This document shows, one piece after another, positions 51,640 to 62,003 of a stretch of 64,000 nt of DNA; the stretch's first letter is position 1, and the number at the start of each line of letters is the position of its first letter. The notes under the pieces were generated by a model, which saw nothing but the letters and a program-made list of their open reading frames with translations, did not search any database and was not told the DNA's origin. Location of the stretch: NCBI GenBank assembly GCA_965197475.1, contig CBDANF010000003.1, forward strand, positions 3,904,001-3,968,000, written 5' to 3'. This stretch comes from Candidatus Poribacteria bacterium. Lineage in GTDB: Bacteria > Poribacteria > WGA-4E > WGA-3G. A program made the translations under genes and the position numbers.

Positions 51640-52530
51640 TTACCTTTGTTTGTAACGTAATGCAAGATGTTCGGCATCTGCCCAATTGGGTTGGTTCTGA
51701 GCGTAGTGAAATAGATACTGTTGTGCATACCCGACAAATTCACCGAAGTAATTTTTGGCAAATTCACAAATCTCGCGCGATGTTGAGCGTTTGCGAAGAT
51801 ATATTTGCTCAAAAATTCGCTTTATCCAAACATCAACAGGCAATGCTTCAAGGTGTCCAAGCGAAAAAAGACAGATGCAATCTGCGACTTTTTCGCCGAT
51901 TCCCTGCAATTTCATTAATTCATGTTTTGCTTCTGTGTAAGGCATCTGCTTTAACACATCAAGCACAAGTTCTCCGTTGACAATGTTGCGTGCTGCATTC
52001 CATAGATAACTCGCGCGATACCCAGTGCCACAAGCAAAAATTTCATCAACTCCTGCATCAGCCAACGTTTGTGGTGTTGGAAAAGTATAATCCACATAAC
52101 TTTCAAACACCAACTTTCTTCCGAAACGTTCAGAAAGCGATCGGATAATGCTGCGGATACGCGCCATGTTATTATTTTGCGACAAGATAAATGATGCGAT
52201 AGTTTCCCATAACTCCTGATTCAGAAGACGCATTCCCCAGAACCGATCAATTGCACGATCAATATAGGCATCAACGTTGACTTCTGCTAAAATTGATGCT
52301 AATTCTCGGTGTAAGTCGAGATAATGGGACAGGTGTGTTGTAAAAATTGGTTCGTCTTCGTCTTTAGAACTATCTATAATTAAGGTATCGCCGTTTTGTT
52401 GGATTTTGAGTATCCGTCCCTCAACGACACCGAAATATGCAGCATCCACCCGGTTCCATCGAAATGATTGCCCAGATTCTAAAGTATATTTAAGGTTAAA
52501 ATCTGTAACGTTATCTATTTTCATGAGCAC
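51640..52530 (-). CDS. 8-oxoguanine DNA glycosylase (OGG1-like, HhH-GPD)
   Basis: TLESGQSFRW, SQNNNM, GIGEKVADCICLF, PVDVW, GYAQQYLF. Confidence 0.92.
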   Translation of the reverse strand: MLMKIDNVTDFNLKYTLESGQSFRWNRVDAAYFGVVEGRILKIQQNGDTLIIDSSKDEDEPIFTTHLSHYLDLHRELASILAEVNVDAYIDRAIDRFWGMRLLNQELWETIASFILSQNNNMARIRSIIRSLSERFGRKLVFESYVDYTFPTPQTLADAGVDEIFACGTGYRASYLWNAARNIVNGELVLDVLKQMPYTEAKHELMKLQGIGEKVADCICLFSLGHLEALPVDVWIKRIFEQIYLRKRSTSREICEFAKNYFGEFVGYAQQYLFHYAQNQPNWADAEHLALRYKQR

Positions 52531-52659
52531 TCTTACACAAATTATATGTTAAAACACAACAAAATGCAAGTGTTAAATAAAAAATTAATTGAAAAATTTG
52601 CTACTATAGGGTATCATTAACATGCAGTATAATTCAAAAATAAAGGAGAAATATTACGC

Positions 52660-54639
52660 ATGATCATCTTTCTACGGGAAAAATTTATAGCCCAAATCTT
52701 TATGTGGGTTATCGCTGTTGTCTTTGTCATAGTCACAATATTTATTGGTCTTGATTTTCAACGGAAAGAAGGGACTGAGAAAGAGGTCGTTCTCAAAATT
52801 GATGCGTTAGAAGTGACCAGAGGTAGTTTTGAAGAGAGGATATCACAGGAAATGCGGTCTCAACAGAACCAACGGTTTGGAGGACAATCTGACCGGAAAC
52901 AAACGCAAAAAAAAATCATTGCTACCTTGATCAAACGTGTTATTGAAGGTAGTGTTAATATTAGCGACGCAGAGATTAAACGTTATATCCGAAGCGATGA
53001 AAACCTTCTCCAACAGTATAATCAATTAGGATATGAGGGCGCAAATTACTTAAAAGAGCAAGTGCGTTTCTATCTCAGTGCAACAGCACTTCGGGATAGT
53101 ATCCAAGAGCTTGAATTGGTAACCGATATTGAAGCTGAACAAGCTTATCGGCTTGAGGCGGACAAGGCAAAGGTAAAATTCATTGAATTTCGACACAGCG
53201 ACTATATTTCGACTGTTAACGTAGATGATGCAGAAGCGGAAGTGTACTTTCAGGAAAACCAGGAAGAGTATAAAACGGAGGAACAAGTAAACATAAGGTT
53301 TATCAGGGTTAACCCTGCTGACTTCGTCTCACAGTCGGATATAGAAACGTATTACACTGAAAATCAAAACGAATTTTTAGAACCGGAGATTGAAGCAGTC
53401 AAAGCACGGCACATCTTGAAAAAGTTCCCCGATAACGCCACCGATGAACAAAAAGCGGAAACGAAAACGGCAGCAGAAGAATTGCTTAAAACTGTCAAAG
53501 CGGAATTAGAGGCGGGAACACCGTTTGCAGATTTGGCGAAAGAACATTCAGACGGCCCCTCAAAAGAAAATGGCGGTGCTTTGAGAGGACGTAATCCAAA
53601 ACTTCCGCCCGGAGACTATTTTGCCCGTGGAGACATGGTAAAACCCTTTGAAGAAGCCTGTTTTGACACATTAAACCCAGGAGAAGTTAGTGATCTGATT
53701 GAAACCTCTTTCGGGTACCACATTATTCAATTGGAAGAAAGAAAAGAGCCGGTGCTTCAATCCTTCCCTCAGGTGGAAAGCGAAATTCGGGAAAAACTGG
53801 TTCAAATCAATGGTGTGGAGAACGCGGAGAATATCGCAAATAATCTCTTGTTTGATATTGAGGTTGAAGACTATGAAACCGCAATTGGGCTTGATAGGTA
53901 TAAGGAACTATCACTTGCTGTGGGAGAAACAGATTTTTTCAGTAAAGATGTTAGAGAAATTCCAAATATCGGATTGAACGGGCTTTACGGAGGATTGACT
54001 ACGGAACTTTTTGACATGGAAGTAGGCGTGACAAAAACAATCGAAACGAAGAGATTCGGCGGAAACGTTACAGCCTATTTTGTTGCAACTGTTCTTGGAA
54101 AGAAACCTGCTGCTATTCCTGAATTTGAGGACGTTAAAGTAGATGTTATTGACAATTTGCGTCAGAAAAAAGCCAAAGAGAATGCTTTAGTGGATGCACA
54201 AAATCTGTTTAATCAACGCACAGGTAGTGAGTCGTTAGATGACTTAGTAAAAAAATATAAAGCACCTGAAGGTACAACTGCAGACCAAAAGTCTGTTCAA
54301 GAGAGCAGCCTTTTTAATCTTAATCCAAGAAGACACTACGTTTCTGGTATGGGCGACTCAAAGGAAGTGATGTTTGCTGCCTTTAAAATGTCTGTGGGTG
54401 ATGTCAGTGGACCATTTATAGGTGACGAATCGGTTACAGGTGACGTATCGGTTTACATCATTGAATTAGTCGAACGCGTAGAACCGGATGTAGAATTATT
54501 CCGAACGGATCCTGCCCAAAAAACACAGCGTTTTCAAACAATCCTTCAGCAGAAGAAAAAGGATGCTTACGAGAATTGGTTTGCTTCACGTAAAAAGGTA
54601 ATAGACGCGAATATCTGGATCCATGAGGACTATCGCTAA
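52660..54639 (+). CDS. PpiD/SurA-like parvulin peptidyl-prolyl isomerase
   Basis: N-terminal TM, KARHIL, FADLAKEHSD, MVKPFEEACF, ETSFGYHII. Confidence 0.88.
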   Translation: MIIFLREKFIAQIFMWVIAVVFVIVTIFIGLDFQRKEGTEKEVVLKIDALEVTRGSFEERISQEMRSQQNQRFGGQSDRKQTQKKIIATLIKRVIEGSVNISDAEIKRYIRSDENLLQQYNQLGYEGANYLKEQVRFYLSATALRDSIQELELVTDIEAEQAYRLEADKAKVKFIEFRHSDYISTVNVDDAEAEVYFQENQEEYKTEEQVNIRFIRVNPADFVSQSDIETYYTENQNEFLEPEIEAVKARHILKKFPDNATDEQKAETKTAAEELLKTVKAELEAGTPFADLAKEHSDGPSKENGGALRGRNPKLPPGDYFARGDMVKPFEEACFDTLNPGEVSDLIETSFGYHIIQLEERKEPVLQSFPQVESEIREKLVQINGVENAENIANNLLFDIEVEDYETAIGLDRYKELSLAVGETDFFSKDVREIPNIGLNGLYGGLTTELFDMEVGVTKTIETKRFGGNVTAYFVATVLGKKPAAIPEFEDVKVDVIDNLRQKKAKENALVDAQNLFNQRTGSESLDDLVKKYKAPEGTTADQKSVQESSLFNLNPRRHYVSGMGDSKEVMFAAFKMSVGDVSGPFIGDESVTGDVSVYIIELVERVEPDVELFRTDPAQKTQRFQTILQQKKKDAYENWFASRKKVIDANIWIHEDYR

Positions 54640-55703
54640 TTCAGGATGTCATAGAAAAAGTTTCTACGTTTTGGAACATATCCCAATTCAGAGATTGTCC
54701 GTTCAATTTCTTCTATCGGCATGCAATAAACGGTACCTGCTTTACTGACAACGTTTTCTTCTATCATCGTTCCACCCATATCATTGGCACCGAACTTGAG
54801 TGAGAGTTGACCAATTTTGGGTCCCTGCGTAACCCATGACGATTGGAAGTTGTCAATATTATCCAGAAATAAACGGGAGATTGCTAAGGTCTTGAGATAT
54901 TCAAAACTGCCTGCGGGTGGGATGTGTGCAAGTTCGGTGTTGCTTGGTTGAAATGACCAGCAAATAAATGCTGTGAACCCGCCGGTTTCATCTTGAAGAT
55001 CACGCAGCCGCATTAGGTGTTCCACGCGTTCAGCATAACTCTCAACGTGTCCATACATCATGGTAGCACTGGACTTGAGACCGACATTATGCCCCTGCCT
55101 CATAACTTCAAGCCATTCGTCCGCTGTACATTTTTTGGGACTAATTTCGTTCCGGGCGTGATCAGTTAGGATTTCAGCACCGCCACCAGGGATAGAGTCA
55201 AGTCCAGCATCTCGAAGGCGAATGAGTGTTTCCCGCAAAGGCATCTTATTAATCTTGGCGAACCAATCTAATTCTGGGGGCGAAAATCCGTGAACATGGA
55301 TTTTGTAGTTGGCTTTTATCCAACGGAGCAAGTTTTCATACCATTCCAATTTGAGTTTCGGATGTAGTCCCCCTTGCATGAGAATAAGTTCGCCACCTAA
55401 ATCAAGGGTTTCTTGGATTTTTTGTCCGAGTACTTCACGCTCCATGACATAAGCATCAGGGTCTTTTCGGTGGCGGTAGAAGGCGCAAAATTCGCAATCA
55501 ACATAACACCAATTGGTGTAGTTAACGTTTCTATCAACAATGTAAGTTATGTAGCCTTCTGGATGTTTTCGGTGGCGGATAACATCTGCGGCGTGCCCTA
55601 ACGGTAGTAGGTCATGGCTTTTAAAAAGTGTTAGTGCGTCATCAAAGTTTAATCGGTCCCCTGCAAGTACCTTTTCCAAAATGATTTTTACGGTATTTTC
55701 CAT
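54636..55703 (-). CDS. mqnC: Cyclic dehypoxanthinyl futalosine synthase (radical SAM)
   Basis: DRNVNYTNWCYVDCEFCAF, QGGLHP, PGGGAEIL, QSSWVTQG, MIEENVV. Confidence 0.9.
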   Translation of the reverse strand: MENTVKIILEKVLAGDRLNFDDALTLFKSHDLLPLGHAADVIRHRKHPEGYITYIVDRNVNYTNWCYVDCEFCAFYRHRKDPDAYVMEREVLGQKIQETLDLGGELILMQGGLHPKLKLEWYENLLRWIKANYKIHVHGFSPPELDWFAKINKMPLRETLIRLRDAGLDSIPGGGAEILTDHARNEISPKKCTADEWLEVMRQGHNVGLKSSATMMYGHVESYAERVEHLMRLRDLQDETGGFTAFICWSFQPSNTELAHIPPAGSFEYLKTLAISRLFLDNIDNFQSSWVTQGPKIGQLSLKFGANDMGGTMIEENVVSKAGTVYCMPIEEIERTISELGYVPKRRNFFYDILN

Positions 55704-55783
55704 TCGTTTTATTATCCTTCCACGTGTTCAGTTACGTCAATAATACAATTTTACCATTTTACCAAGGACATGTCAAAATTAAT

Positions 55784-55812
55784 TTGACTTCACATAAGAA
55801 TTTCGGTATAAT
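55784..55812 (+). promoter_or_regulatory. Sigma70 promoter of rpoZ
   Basis: TTGACT-17 bp-TATAAT. Confidence 0.65.
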
Positions 55813-55848
55813 TATACAATGAGGTCTTGAATAAATGGAGAGAAAATA

Positions 55849-56271
55849 ATGGCAATTATCTACCTTGAAGATTTGGTCAAACATGTGCCAAACAAATATC
55901 TGGCAGTAAACGTTATCGCAAAACGCGCCCGTGCTTTGAATGATGAACTGATTGGAGCGGGGTTAACCAAAAAGCAGAAACCTGTCTCTATCGCAACTGA
56001 AGAATTGGCTTCGGGTGAATTGTCATACCAAAAACTTGATCCAAAAGCTGTGGAACCTGAAATTAAGTCTATCTTTACTTCTGAATCTGACGGTTATGAT
56101 GCGGTAGAAGGAGATGAACATATTGCTGAACTCTTCGGTGAGAGTCCGACTGAGGACACAGATGCGGATGCCGAAGACACTGAAGTTTCTGTAGATGCCG
56201 AGAACGCTGATGCTGCAACATCTCCTGATGTGGAGAACGCTGATGTTGAAGCAGATGCTGATGTAACGTAA
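55849..56271 (+). CDS. rpoZ: RNA polymerase omega subunit with acidic C-terminal tail
   Basis: NKYLAVNVIAKRARAL...KPVSIATEELASG. Confidence 0.88.
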   Translation: MAIIYLEDLVKHVPNKYLAVNVIAKRARALNDELIGAGLTKKQKPVSIATEELASGELSYQKLDPKAVEPEIKSIFTSESDGYDAVEGDEHIAELFGESPTEDTDADAEDTEVSVDAENADAATSPDVENADVEADADVT

Positions 56272-56296
56272 AGATAGCGAACAGATAAGATTTTGC

Positions 56297-56325
56297 TTGA
56301 CAAATACCCTTAAAGTATGTATACT
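56297..56325 (+). promoter_or_regulatory. Sigma70 promoter of the tRNA cluster
   Basis: TTGACA-17 bp-TATACT. Confidence 0.65.
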
Positions 56326-56422
56326 TTAAGGGTGAATATTGTAATGCCTCAGAAGTTTTTAGGAATGTGTATGAGAGGTGATAGGACATTTCACTGATAA
56401 GTGAAGAGAGGAACGGTTGAGT

Positions 56423-56494
56423 GCTGACGTGGCTCAATGGTAGAGCAAGTGATTTGTAATCACTAGGTTGGAGGTTCGATTCCTCTCGTCAGCT
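56423..56494 (+). tRNA. tRNA-Thr(TGT)
   Basis: GCTGACG stem, AGTGA-TTTGTAA-TCACT, GGTTCGATT. Confidence 0.95.
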
Positions 56495-56502
56495 TCCAAT
56501 TT

Positions 56503-56584
56503 GGGGGTGTGCTTGAGCGGTCAAAAAGGGCAGACTGTAAATCTGTTGGCTACGCCTACGGCGGTTCGAATCCGTCCGCCCCCA
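56503..56584 (+). tRNA. tRNA-Tyr(GTA)
   Basis: GCAGA-CTGTAAA-TCTGT, variable arm, GGTTCGAAT. Confidence 0.95.
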
Positions 56585-56595
56585 TTCGGTTTTAT

Positions 56596-56668
56596 GCGGG
56601 AGTAGCTCAGCTGGTAGAGCATTGGCCTTCCAAGCCATGCGTCGCGGGTTCGAATCCCGTCTCCCGCT
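56596..56668 (+). tRNA. tRNA-Gly(TCC)
   Basis: GCGGGAG stem, TGGC-CTTCCAA-GCCA. Confidence 0.95.
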
Positions 56669-56686
56669 TGTGACACACTATGACTT

Positions 56687-56762
<76 letters not shown>

Positions 56763-56790
56763 CCTATAAATACGTAAGGCAGGAAAAATT

Positions 56791-56943
56791 ATGCCCAGAG
56801 ACATTGTGACTTTAGCATGTGACACATGCAAACAACGAAATTATGTAACAACACGCAATCGGCGGACACAGCAGGATCGGTATGAACGTAAGAAGTATTG
56901 TCGTTTCTGCCGGAAGCATACCCTCCATAAGGAGATTAGGTAA
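56791..56943 (+). CDS. rpmG: 50S ribosomal protein L33 (Zn-binding form; not in ORF track)
   Basis: [50 protein letters not shown]. Confidence 0.95.
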   Translation: MPRDIVTLACDTCKQRNYVTTRNRRTQQDRYERKKYCRFCRKHTLHKEIR

Positions 56944-56953
56944 ATTATTCCAC

Positions 56954-57027
56954 AGGCCAGTAGCTCGAACTGGTAGAGCGCCGGTCTCCAAAACCGGATG
57001 TTGGGGGTTCGAATCCCTCCTGGCCTG
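56954..57027 (+). tRNA. tRNA-Trp(CCA)
   Basis: AGGCCAG stem, CCGGT-CTCCAAA-ACCGG. Confidence 0.95.
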
Positions 57028-57036
57028 CCTTGTATC

Positions 57037-57411
57037 ATGATAGCACGAATTAAAAATTATATTCAGAATATTATTTTGGAATGGCAAAAGGTGTCTAAAC
57101 CCGACTTGGATCAGGTGCGCGGCAGTACAATTGTCGTTTTAATTGCTTCTGCAATGTTAGGGGTTTTCATCTGGTTGGTTGACGGAAATACTGGAAGTCC
57201 TATTTGGGACTGGCCTGTTAATTTGGTTCTTGTTGCAATCCCGATCGCAGTGTTTGTTCTTAGTAAAGGCTTAGAAAACCGACGGTTGCTCGCCACTGCT
57301 GTAGCGTGCATTCCTATCGTCGTTGTTCTTATTAGTCAATACATTTTTAAACCTGATGATCCGCTTAAAGGGTTCGGGATGTCATTTTTAAGAAATATAT
57401 TCCTCCGTTAA
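57037..57411 (+). CDS. secE: Preprotein translocase subunit SecE, with extra TM segments
   Basis: YIQNIILEWQKVSKP...STIVVLI...WLVD; position between tRNA-Trp and nusG. Confidence 0.85.
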   Translation: MIARIKNYIQNIILEWQKVSKPDLDQVRGSTIVVLIASAMLGVFIWLVDGNTGSPIWDWPVNLVLVAIPIAVFVLSKGLENRRLLATAVACIPIVVVLISQYIFKPDDPLKGFGMSFLRNIFLR

Positions 57412-57585
57412 CTTAAATAAGAATATGCAACTCGGTGTGGTGTCTATGGCAAACTCCACATCCAGTTTGTGCTTACGATATTGACAGTGGCAGAAAAGGT
57501 AATTCGATTAAGCCTTAACAAATTGCTTAAGTTTTACTTCCGACATTGTTTCTTCAGTTGGCTCATAGAGCAATAGGAATTGATC

Positions 57586-58158
57586 ATGACTGGCTATTGG
57601 TATATTGTTCAGGTTTACACTGGACACGAAAAGAAAATACAGTCTAATCTTGAGAGACGTCTCTCGTCTGATTCGGATGTTGATAAGGAACTACAGGACG
57701 AAATCCTACAGATTAACGTGCCTATCTCCACTACCGTTAAGAATGAGGACGGAAAACGAAAGATCCGGAGCGGTCCAACTTATCCGGGGTATGTTCTTAT
57801 TAACTCTCAGCATGAAATTGGTCCGCATGCAGAAAATTCGATCGGACAAAAAAGTTGGGCATTTGTTCAAGACACTCCTGGTGTCATGCAATTTTTGGGA
57901 AATGCCAATCCAATTCCACTGAGTTCGGAAGATGTAGAACGGATGTTGGAAAGTTCAACCGTTGAGGAAACAACACCTGTGCCAGAGGTGGTGTACTCTG
58001 TTGGTGATAAAGTTCGTGTTATTGAGGGGCCTTTCAGTTCCTTCACTGCTGAGATCCTTGGAATTGATATGCAACGTCAACGATTAAATCTTTCTATTAC
58101 AATCTTTGGACGATCAACACCACTTGAATTGGGATTCATGGGTGTTGAGAGGCTCTAA
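57586..58158 (+). CDS. nusG: Transcription termination/antitermination factor NusG
   Basis: WYIVQVYTGHE, YPGYVL, TPGVMQF, KOW GDKVRVIEGPF, IFGRSTP. Confidence 0.96.
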   Translation: MTGYWYIVQVYTGHEKKIQSNLERRLSSDSDVDKELQDEILQINVPISTTVKNEDGKRKIRSGPTYPGYVLINSQHEIGPHAENSIGQKSWAFVQDTPGVMQFLGNANPIPLSSEDVERMLESSTVEETTPVPEVVYSVGDKVRVIEGPFSSFTAEILGIDMQRQRLNLSITIFGRSTPLELGFMGVERL

Positions 58159-58188
58159 TTATTTGGAAGATATGGAGTAGTAAACAAA

Positions 58189-58611
58189 ATGGCAAAAAAA
58201 GTGGCAGGTGAAGTCAAACTTCAGTTGGTATCTGGGCAGGCAACTCCGCAGCCGCCGGTTGGTCCGAGTCTTGCACCTTATATGATTAACCTGCAGGAAT
58301 TTATCAAATCCTTCAATGCACAGACGCAGCAGCAAAGTGGCATGATTGTTACCACTATTATTACATGCTATAGTGACCGATCTTTTTCATTTGCAGTCAA
58401 ATCTCCGCCAGCGGCAGTTTTGCTCAAATCTGCCGCGAAAATTGCCAAAGGGTCTGGAGAACCGAATCGGAATAAGGTCTCAACTGTTACTATAGATCAG
58501 ATTCGCGAGATTGCCCAAACGAAATTACCTGATCTCAATACAACAGATATAGAAGCCGCTATGCGAATGGTTGAAGGTACCGCACGAAGTATGGGTTTAA
58601 CAATTAACTGA
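58189..58611 (+). CDS. rplK: 50S ribosomal protein L11
   Basis: [22 protein letters not shown]. Confidence 0.97.
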   Translation: MAKKVAGEVKLQLVSGQATPQPPVGPSLAPYMINLQEFIKSFNAQTQQQSGMIVTTIITCYSDRSFSFAVKSPPAAVLLKSAAKIAKGSGEPNRNKVSTVTIDQIREIAQTKLPDLNTTDIEAAMRMVEGTARSMGLTIN

Positions 58612-58697
58612 TACGCAGGTCTGGTATAGTGGCGTGAGAGACGTAGACACGGATCTCCATACCAGAAAAGTGTATTTGAGATTACTTGGAGAACAAT

Positions 58698-59396
58698 ATG
58701 GCGAAAAATGGAAAACGCTATCGTGATATTCAGCAACATGTTGAGAGACTTAAATTTCACACTGTAGATGAAGCTATATCTCTTTTAAAAAAGACGAGCA
58801 CAGCGAAGTTTGATGAAACTGTTGATTTAGCTTCGCGTCTTGGTGTAAATGCGACAATCGCTGAACAGAATATCCGTGGCACAGTTGCGCTTCCGCACGG
58901 CACCGGTAAATCTGTTCGTGTTGTTGTATTTGCCGAAGGTGACAAAGCGCGTGAAGCTGAGGAAGCAGGTGCTGACTTTGTCGGAACCGATGATTTAGTT
59001 GACAAAATCGTTGATGGTTGGCTTGATTTTGATGCAACAATTGCTACGCCAGACCTAATGCGGAGTATTATGCCAAAGCTAGGGCGAATTCTCGGACCGC
59101 GCGGGTTAATGCCTAATCCAAAAGCGGGCACCGTGACAATGGATGTATCCGAAACACTGCAGAATATCAAAGCGGGACAGATTGAATACCGAGTTGAGCG
59201 TGCATCCGGTATTGTGCACGTCCCAATAGGAAAAGTTTCGTTTGATGAGCCACAGATTAAGGATAACCTTAACACTGTCATGGACGCACTCGTCAAGGCA
59301 CGTCCTGCAGCTACAAAAGGTCGATATATTAGAAGTGTTGCTATTTCCTCCACGATGGGTGTTGGCATCCGAATTGATCCCCAACAATTTGTGTAA
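58698..59396 (+). CDS. rplA: 50S ribosomal protein L1
   Basis: [29 protein letters not shown]. Confidence 0.97.
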   Translation: MAKNGKRYRDIQQHVERLKFHTVDEAISLLKKTSTAKFDETVDLASRLGVNATIAEQNIRGTVALPHGTGKSVRVVVFAEGDKAREAEEAGADFVGTDDLVDKIVDGWLDFDATIATPDLMRSIMPKLGRILGPRGLMPNPKAGTVTMDVSETLQNIKAGQIEYRVERASGIVHVPIGKVSFDEPQIKDNLNTVMDALVKARPAATKGRYIRSVAISSTMGVGIRIDPQQFV

Positions 59397-59493
59397 TTAG
59401 TGAAATCGTATTAATATTGGAGATGCACGTTAGCTACAAGACGTTGCATATTTTAAGGAACCAGACGACAAATTCCGTAAAACAGAATAGAGT

Positions 59494-59628
59494 TGTAGAG
59501 AGTAGGAGCCATTGGCTTAATTACCTACCGAGACTCGGATATGGTTAGAAAGCATCCGTCTCATTTAAGACGGAATCAGTTTTTAGCATCCGTAGTTAGG
59601 TAAGCCTCCAGGTCTCTGGGGGTTTTTC
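59494..59628 (+). promoter_or_regulatory. Ribosomal protein L10 leader (autoregulatory RNA)
   Basis: GAGAGTAGG..GGCTTAATTACCTACCGAG.. core upstream of rplJ, ending in hairpin AAGCCTCCAG..CTGGGGGTTT plus T-run. Confidence 0.7.
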
Positions 59629-59670
59629 TATTTCTGGACGGAGTGGTCAAGATGTGAAAGGAGCTAACCT

Positions 59671-60237
59671 ATGCCGAATGAAGCAAATGTTCAGCAGGTT
59701 GGACAAATTCGTGAGCTTTTTGAAAGCTCGGACGTTATTCTTTTGACAGACTTTCAAGGACTGTCCGTGGCAGAGGTGAATGATTTACGTCAGCAGTTAC
59801 GCGCCGCGAACATTCAATATAAAGTCTGTAAGAATACATTAATTAACGTTGTTGCGCAAGAAAAAGAAATCGAAGGTCTTGCGCCATATTTAAAAGGTAA
59901 TACCGCACTTGCAGCGAGCGATGACCCCGCAATCTCTAGTAAAATTCTACTTGAGTTTAGTGAGGAACATGAGAGTTTACAAATTAAAGGTGGCATCCTT
60001 GGAAAACAGGTTGTAGACGCGGATGCAGTTAAAGCTCTCAAGGATATGCCTTCAAGAGAGGTATTGATAGGTCAGGTTATCGGAGGCATCAGTGATCCGC
60101 TGTATGGACTTGTTGGGGTCCTGAATAACGGGTCACCAATGACGCGGTTTGTTAATGTGCTTAGTAATACAATAGGTCAGGTGACATCTGTGCTAACACA
60201 GATCACCGAACAGAAGAAAGCAGCCGAAGAGGCATAA
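59671..60237 (+). CDS. rplJ: 50S ribosomal protein L10
   Basis: DFQGLSV, KVCKNTL, IKGG, MPSRE. Confidence 0.96.
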   Translation: MPNEANVQQVGQIRELFESSDVILLTDFQGLSVAEVNDLRQQLRAANIQYKVCKNTLINVVAQEKEIEGLAPYLKGNTALAASDDPAISSKILLEFSEEHESLQIKGGILGKQVVDADAVKALKDMPSREVLIGQVIGGISDPLYGLVGVLNNGSPMTRFVNVLSNTIGQVTSVLTQITEQKKAAEEA

Positions 60238-60267
60238 CCATATTCAGATTAAGAAAGGATTTTAACA

Positions 60268-60666
60268 ATGGCAGATATAGAAAAATTGATAGATGAAATT
60301 AGCGAGATGACTGTTCTGGAGCTCTCCGAGTTGGTAAAAGCATTGGAAGAAAAATTTGGTGTGAGTGCTTCTGCTATGCCAGCGATGGCAATGCCAGGAG
60401 TAATGCCAGCGGCAGGTGGTGCTGCAGAAGCTGAAGAGGCTGAAGAAGCTGAGAAAACCGAATTTGATGTCCAAATCAAAGAAATCGGTGGACAGAAAAT
60501 TCCTCTTATTAAAGAAGTTCGCGCCATTACTGGGCTCGGTTTGAAGGAAGCAAAAGAAAAGGTTGAATCTGCACCTGTTGCTGTCCAAGAGGGTGTCAGC
60601 AAAGAAGAAGCTGAGAAAACCAAAGAGAAACTTGAAGCGGTCGGCGCAGTCGTAGAGATTGTATAA
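60268..60666 (+). CDS. rplL: 50S ribosomal protein L7/L12
   Basis: [34 protein letters not shown]. Confidence 0.97.
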   Translation: MADIEKLIDEISEMTVLELSELVKALEEKFGVSASAMPAMAMPGVMPAAGGAAEAEEAEEAEKTEFDVQIKEIGGQKIPLIKEVRAITGLGLKEAKEKVESAPVAVQEGVSKEEAEKTKEKLEAVGAVVEIV

Positions 60667-60715
60667 TGTGAGTCATCGCCTTCGGACAATGGAGGCATAT
60701 TTATAAAGTGAACTT

Positions 60716-60871
60716 ATACCATTTCTAATATATAATGTCTCATTTGCGGAGGAATATTGTAGGAGCGACCTCCTGGTCGCGACCGGGAGGTCGCTCCTAC
60801 AGAAGAAAGTTCCTTCATCTGACAAAAACAGTTGAATTCCTTAATGAGACAATATTAAATAGAATTGGTAT
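60716..60871. repeat. MITE-like element with REP palindrome
   Basis: TIRs ATACCATTTCTA / TAGAATTGGTAT; core GTAGGAGCGACCTCCTGGTCGCGACCGGGAGGTCGCTCCTAC. Confidence 0.75.
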
Positions 60872-60924
60872 TACGCTAACCCCATTATGGTCGCAAACTG
60901 TAATGGGGTTTCCCTTTCAAACAG

Positions 60925-61767
60925 ATGTTCAGTATCGCAGAGATTTTTTATCTTGTTTTCAGCCAACTCGCGGTAGGTGGGGTTGCTGTTATGTTTCTCA
61001 TACCGAAAGGTGTGGTCGGTGCAAACTATTATCGGTTGATGGGAGGCATGTATCTACTCGTGAGTGGATTAGCACGTTGTGCTAATCTTTACCTTAATGA
61101 GCAACCCGTAACATTTACTAATTTTTTCGGGTTTTGGCAGAACGTTGAATCCGTTCTCGTACTAAGTTTCGTTCTTATTATCTTTGGTTATACGCTGAGT
61201 TGGTGGTTCAAATCGTCTATACTCACTGAGATACTATTCTATAGCGGAATTCTCAGCGGTAGTGTTTGGATATTTTTTAGTGCGCTACACTATTTTGAAA
61301 CCGTTCAATTTCCCGGTGGACAAGTTTTGTTGCCTATACAATTCCTTGTGTCAGCAGTCTTACTTGGGATAGTTCATACAGGGATGTGGTTTGGACATTG
61401 GTATCTTGTCACACCTGAATTGCCTGTGGCTTATCTGAGACGGTTTAACACTGTTTTGTTAGGGACACTTGTTTTGTCAATCTCTCTGTTCTGTGTAAAT
61501 ATGTTTTTTAGGTTGCAAGCCCAAGATCTTGTGCCTTTTAACTTTCATTATCAACTCATCTTTTGGATACGGTTAGGAATTGGGTTTGGCGGCACACTGC
61601 TTCTTTATTTTATTACATGGGATTGTTTGCGTCCCAAATCTGTTGAGCTTGATGAAGTTGGAGCAACGCGAGCATCGACCGGTTTTCTTTTCATTGCGAT
61701 AATTACGGTGTTTTTGGGTGAGTTTTGTAGTCGGTATCTGTTTTTATCAATGCGGTTTATTTTTTAA
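60925..61767 (+). CDS. Polytopic membrane protein (DmsC/NrfD-like anchor, tentative)
   Basis: About 8 TMs, SQLAVG, GHWYL, GEFCSRYLF. Confidence 0.7.
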   Translation: MFSIAEIFYLVFSQLAVGGVAVMFLIPKGVVGANYYRLMGGMYLLVSGLARCANLYLNEQPVTFTNFFGFWQNVESVLVLSFVLIIFGYTLSWWFKSSILTEILFYSGILSGSVWIFFSALHYFETVQFPGGQVLLPIQFLVSAVLLGIVHTGMWFGHWYLVTPELPVAYLRRFNTVLLGTLVLSISLFCVNMFFRLQAQDLVPFNFHYQLIFWIRLGIGFGGTLLLYFITWDCLRPKSVELDEVGATRASTGFLFIAIITVFLGEFCSRYLFLSMRFIF

Positions 61768-62003
61768 AAGCGGCGGATTTGCTAAATCCGATTTGTTGGG
61801 TGTGACACTGCGAAATATCAGAGCCATTCTGTGTTGATTTGGCGTAATCCGAGATTCTGACGGTACGCTGCGTGTACCTGCTACTTTTAACAGATGAACC
61901 GCAAAAGGTTTTGAAAATTGCAACTATATATGATATACTTTCTGCATCCCCTCATAGACACATTTCAGAGACCACCTAAGAATTTCTAACACGGGAGCGT
62001 TTT

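Noticed and set aside
58757-60698. Long antisense ORFs over rplA and rplL (and similarly over glpQ and WD40 genes)
   Set aside because: Typical antisense shadows caused by codon bias in conserved genes
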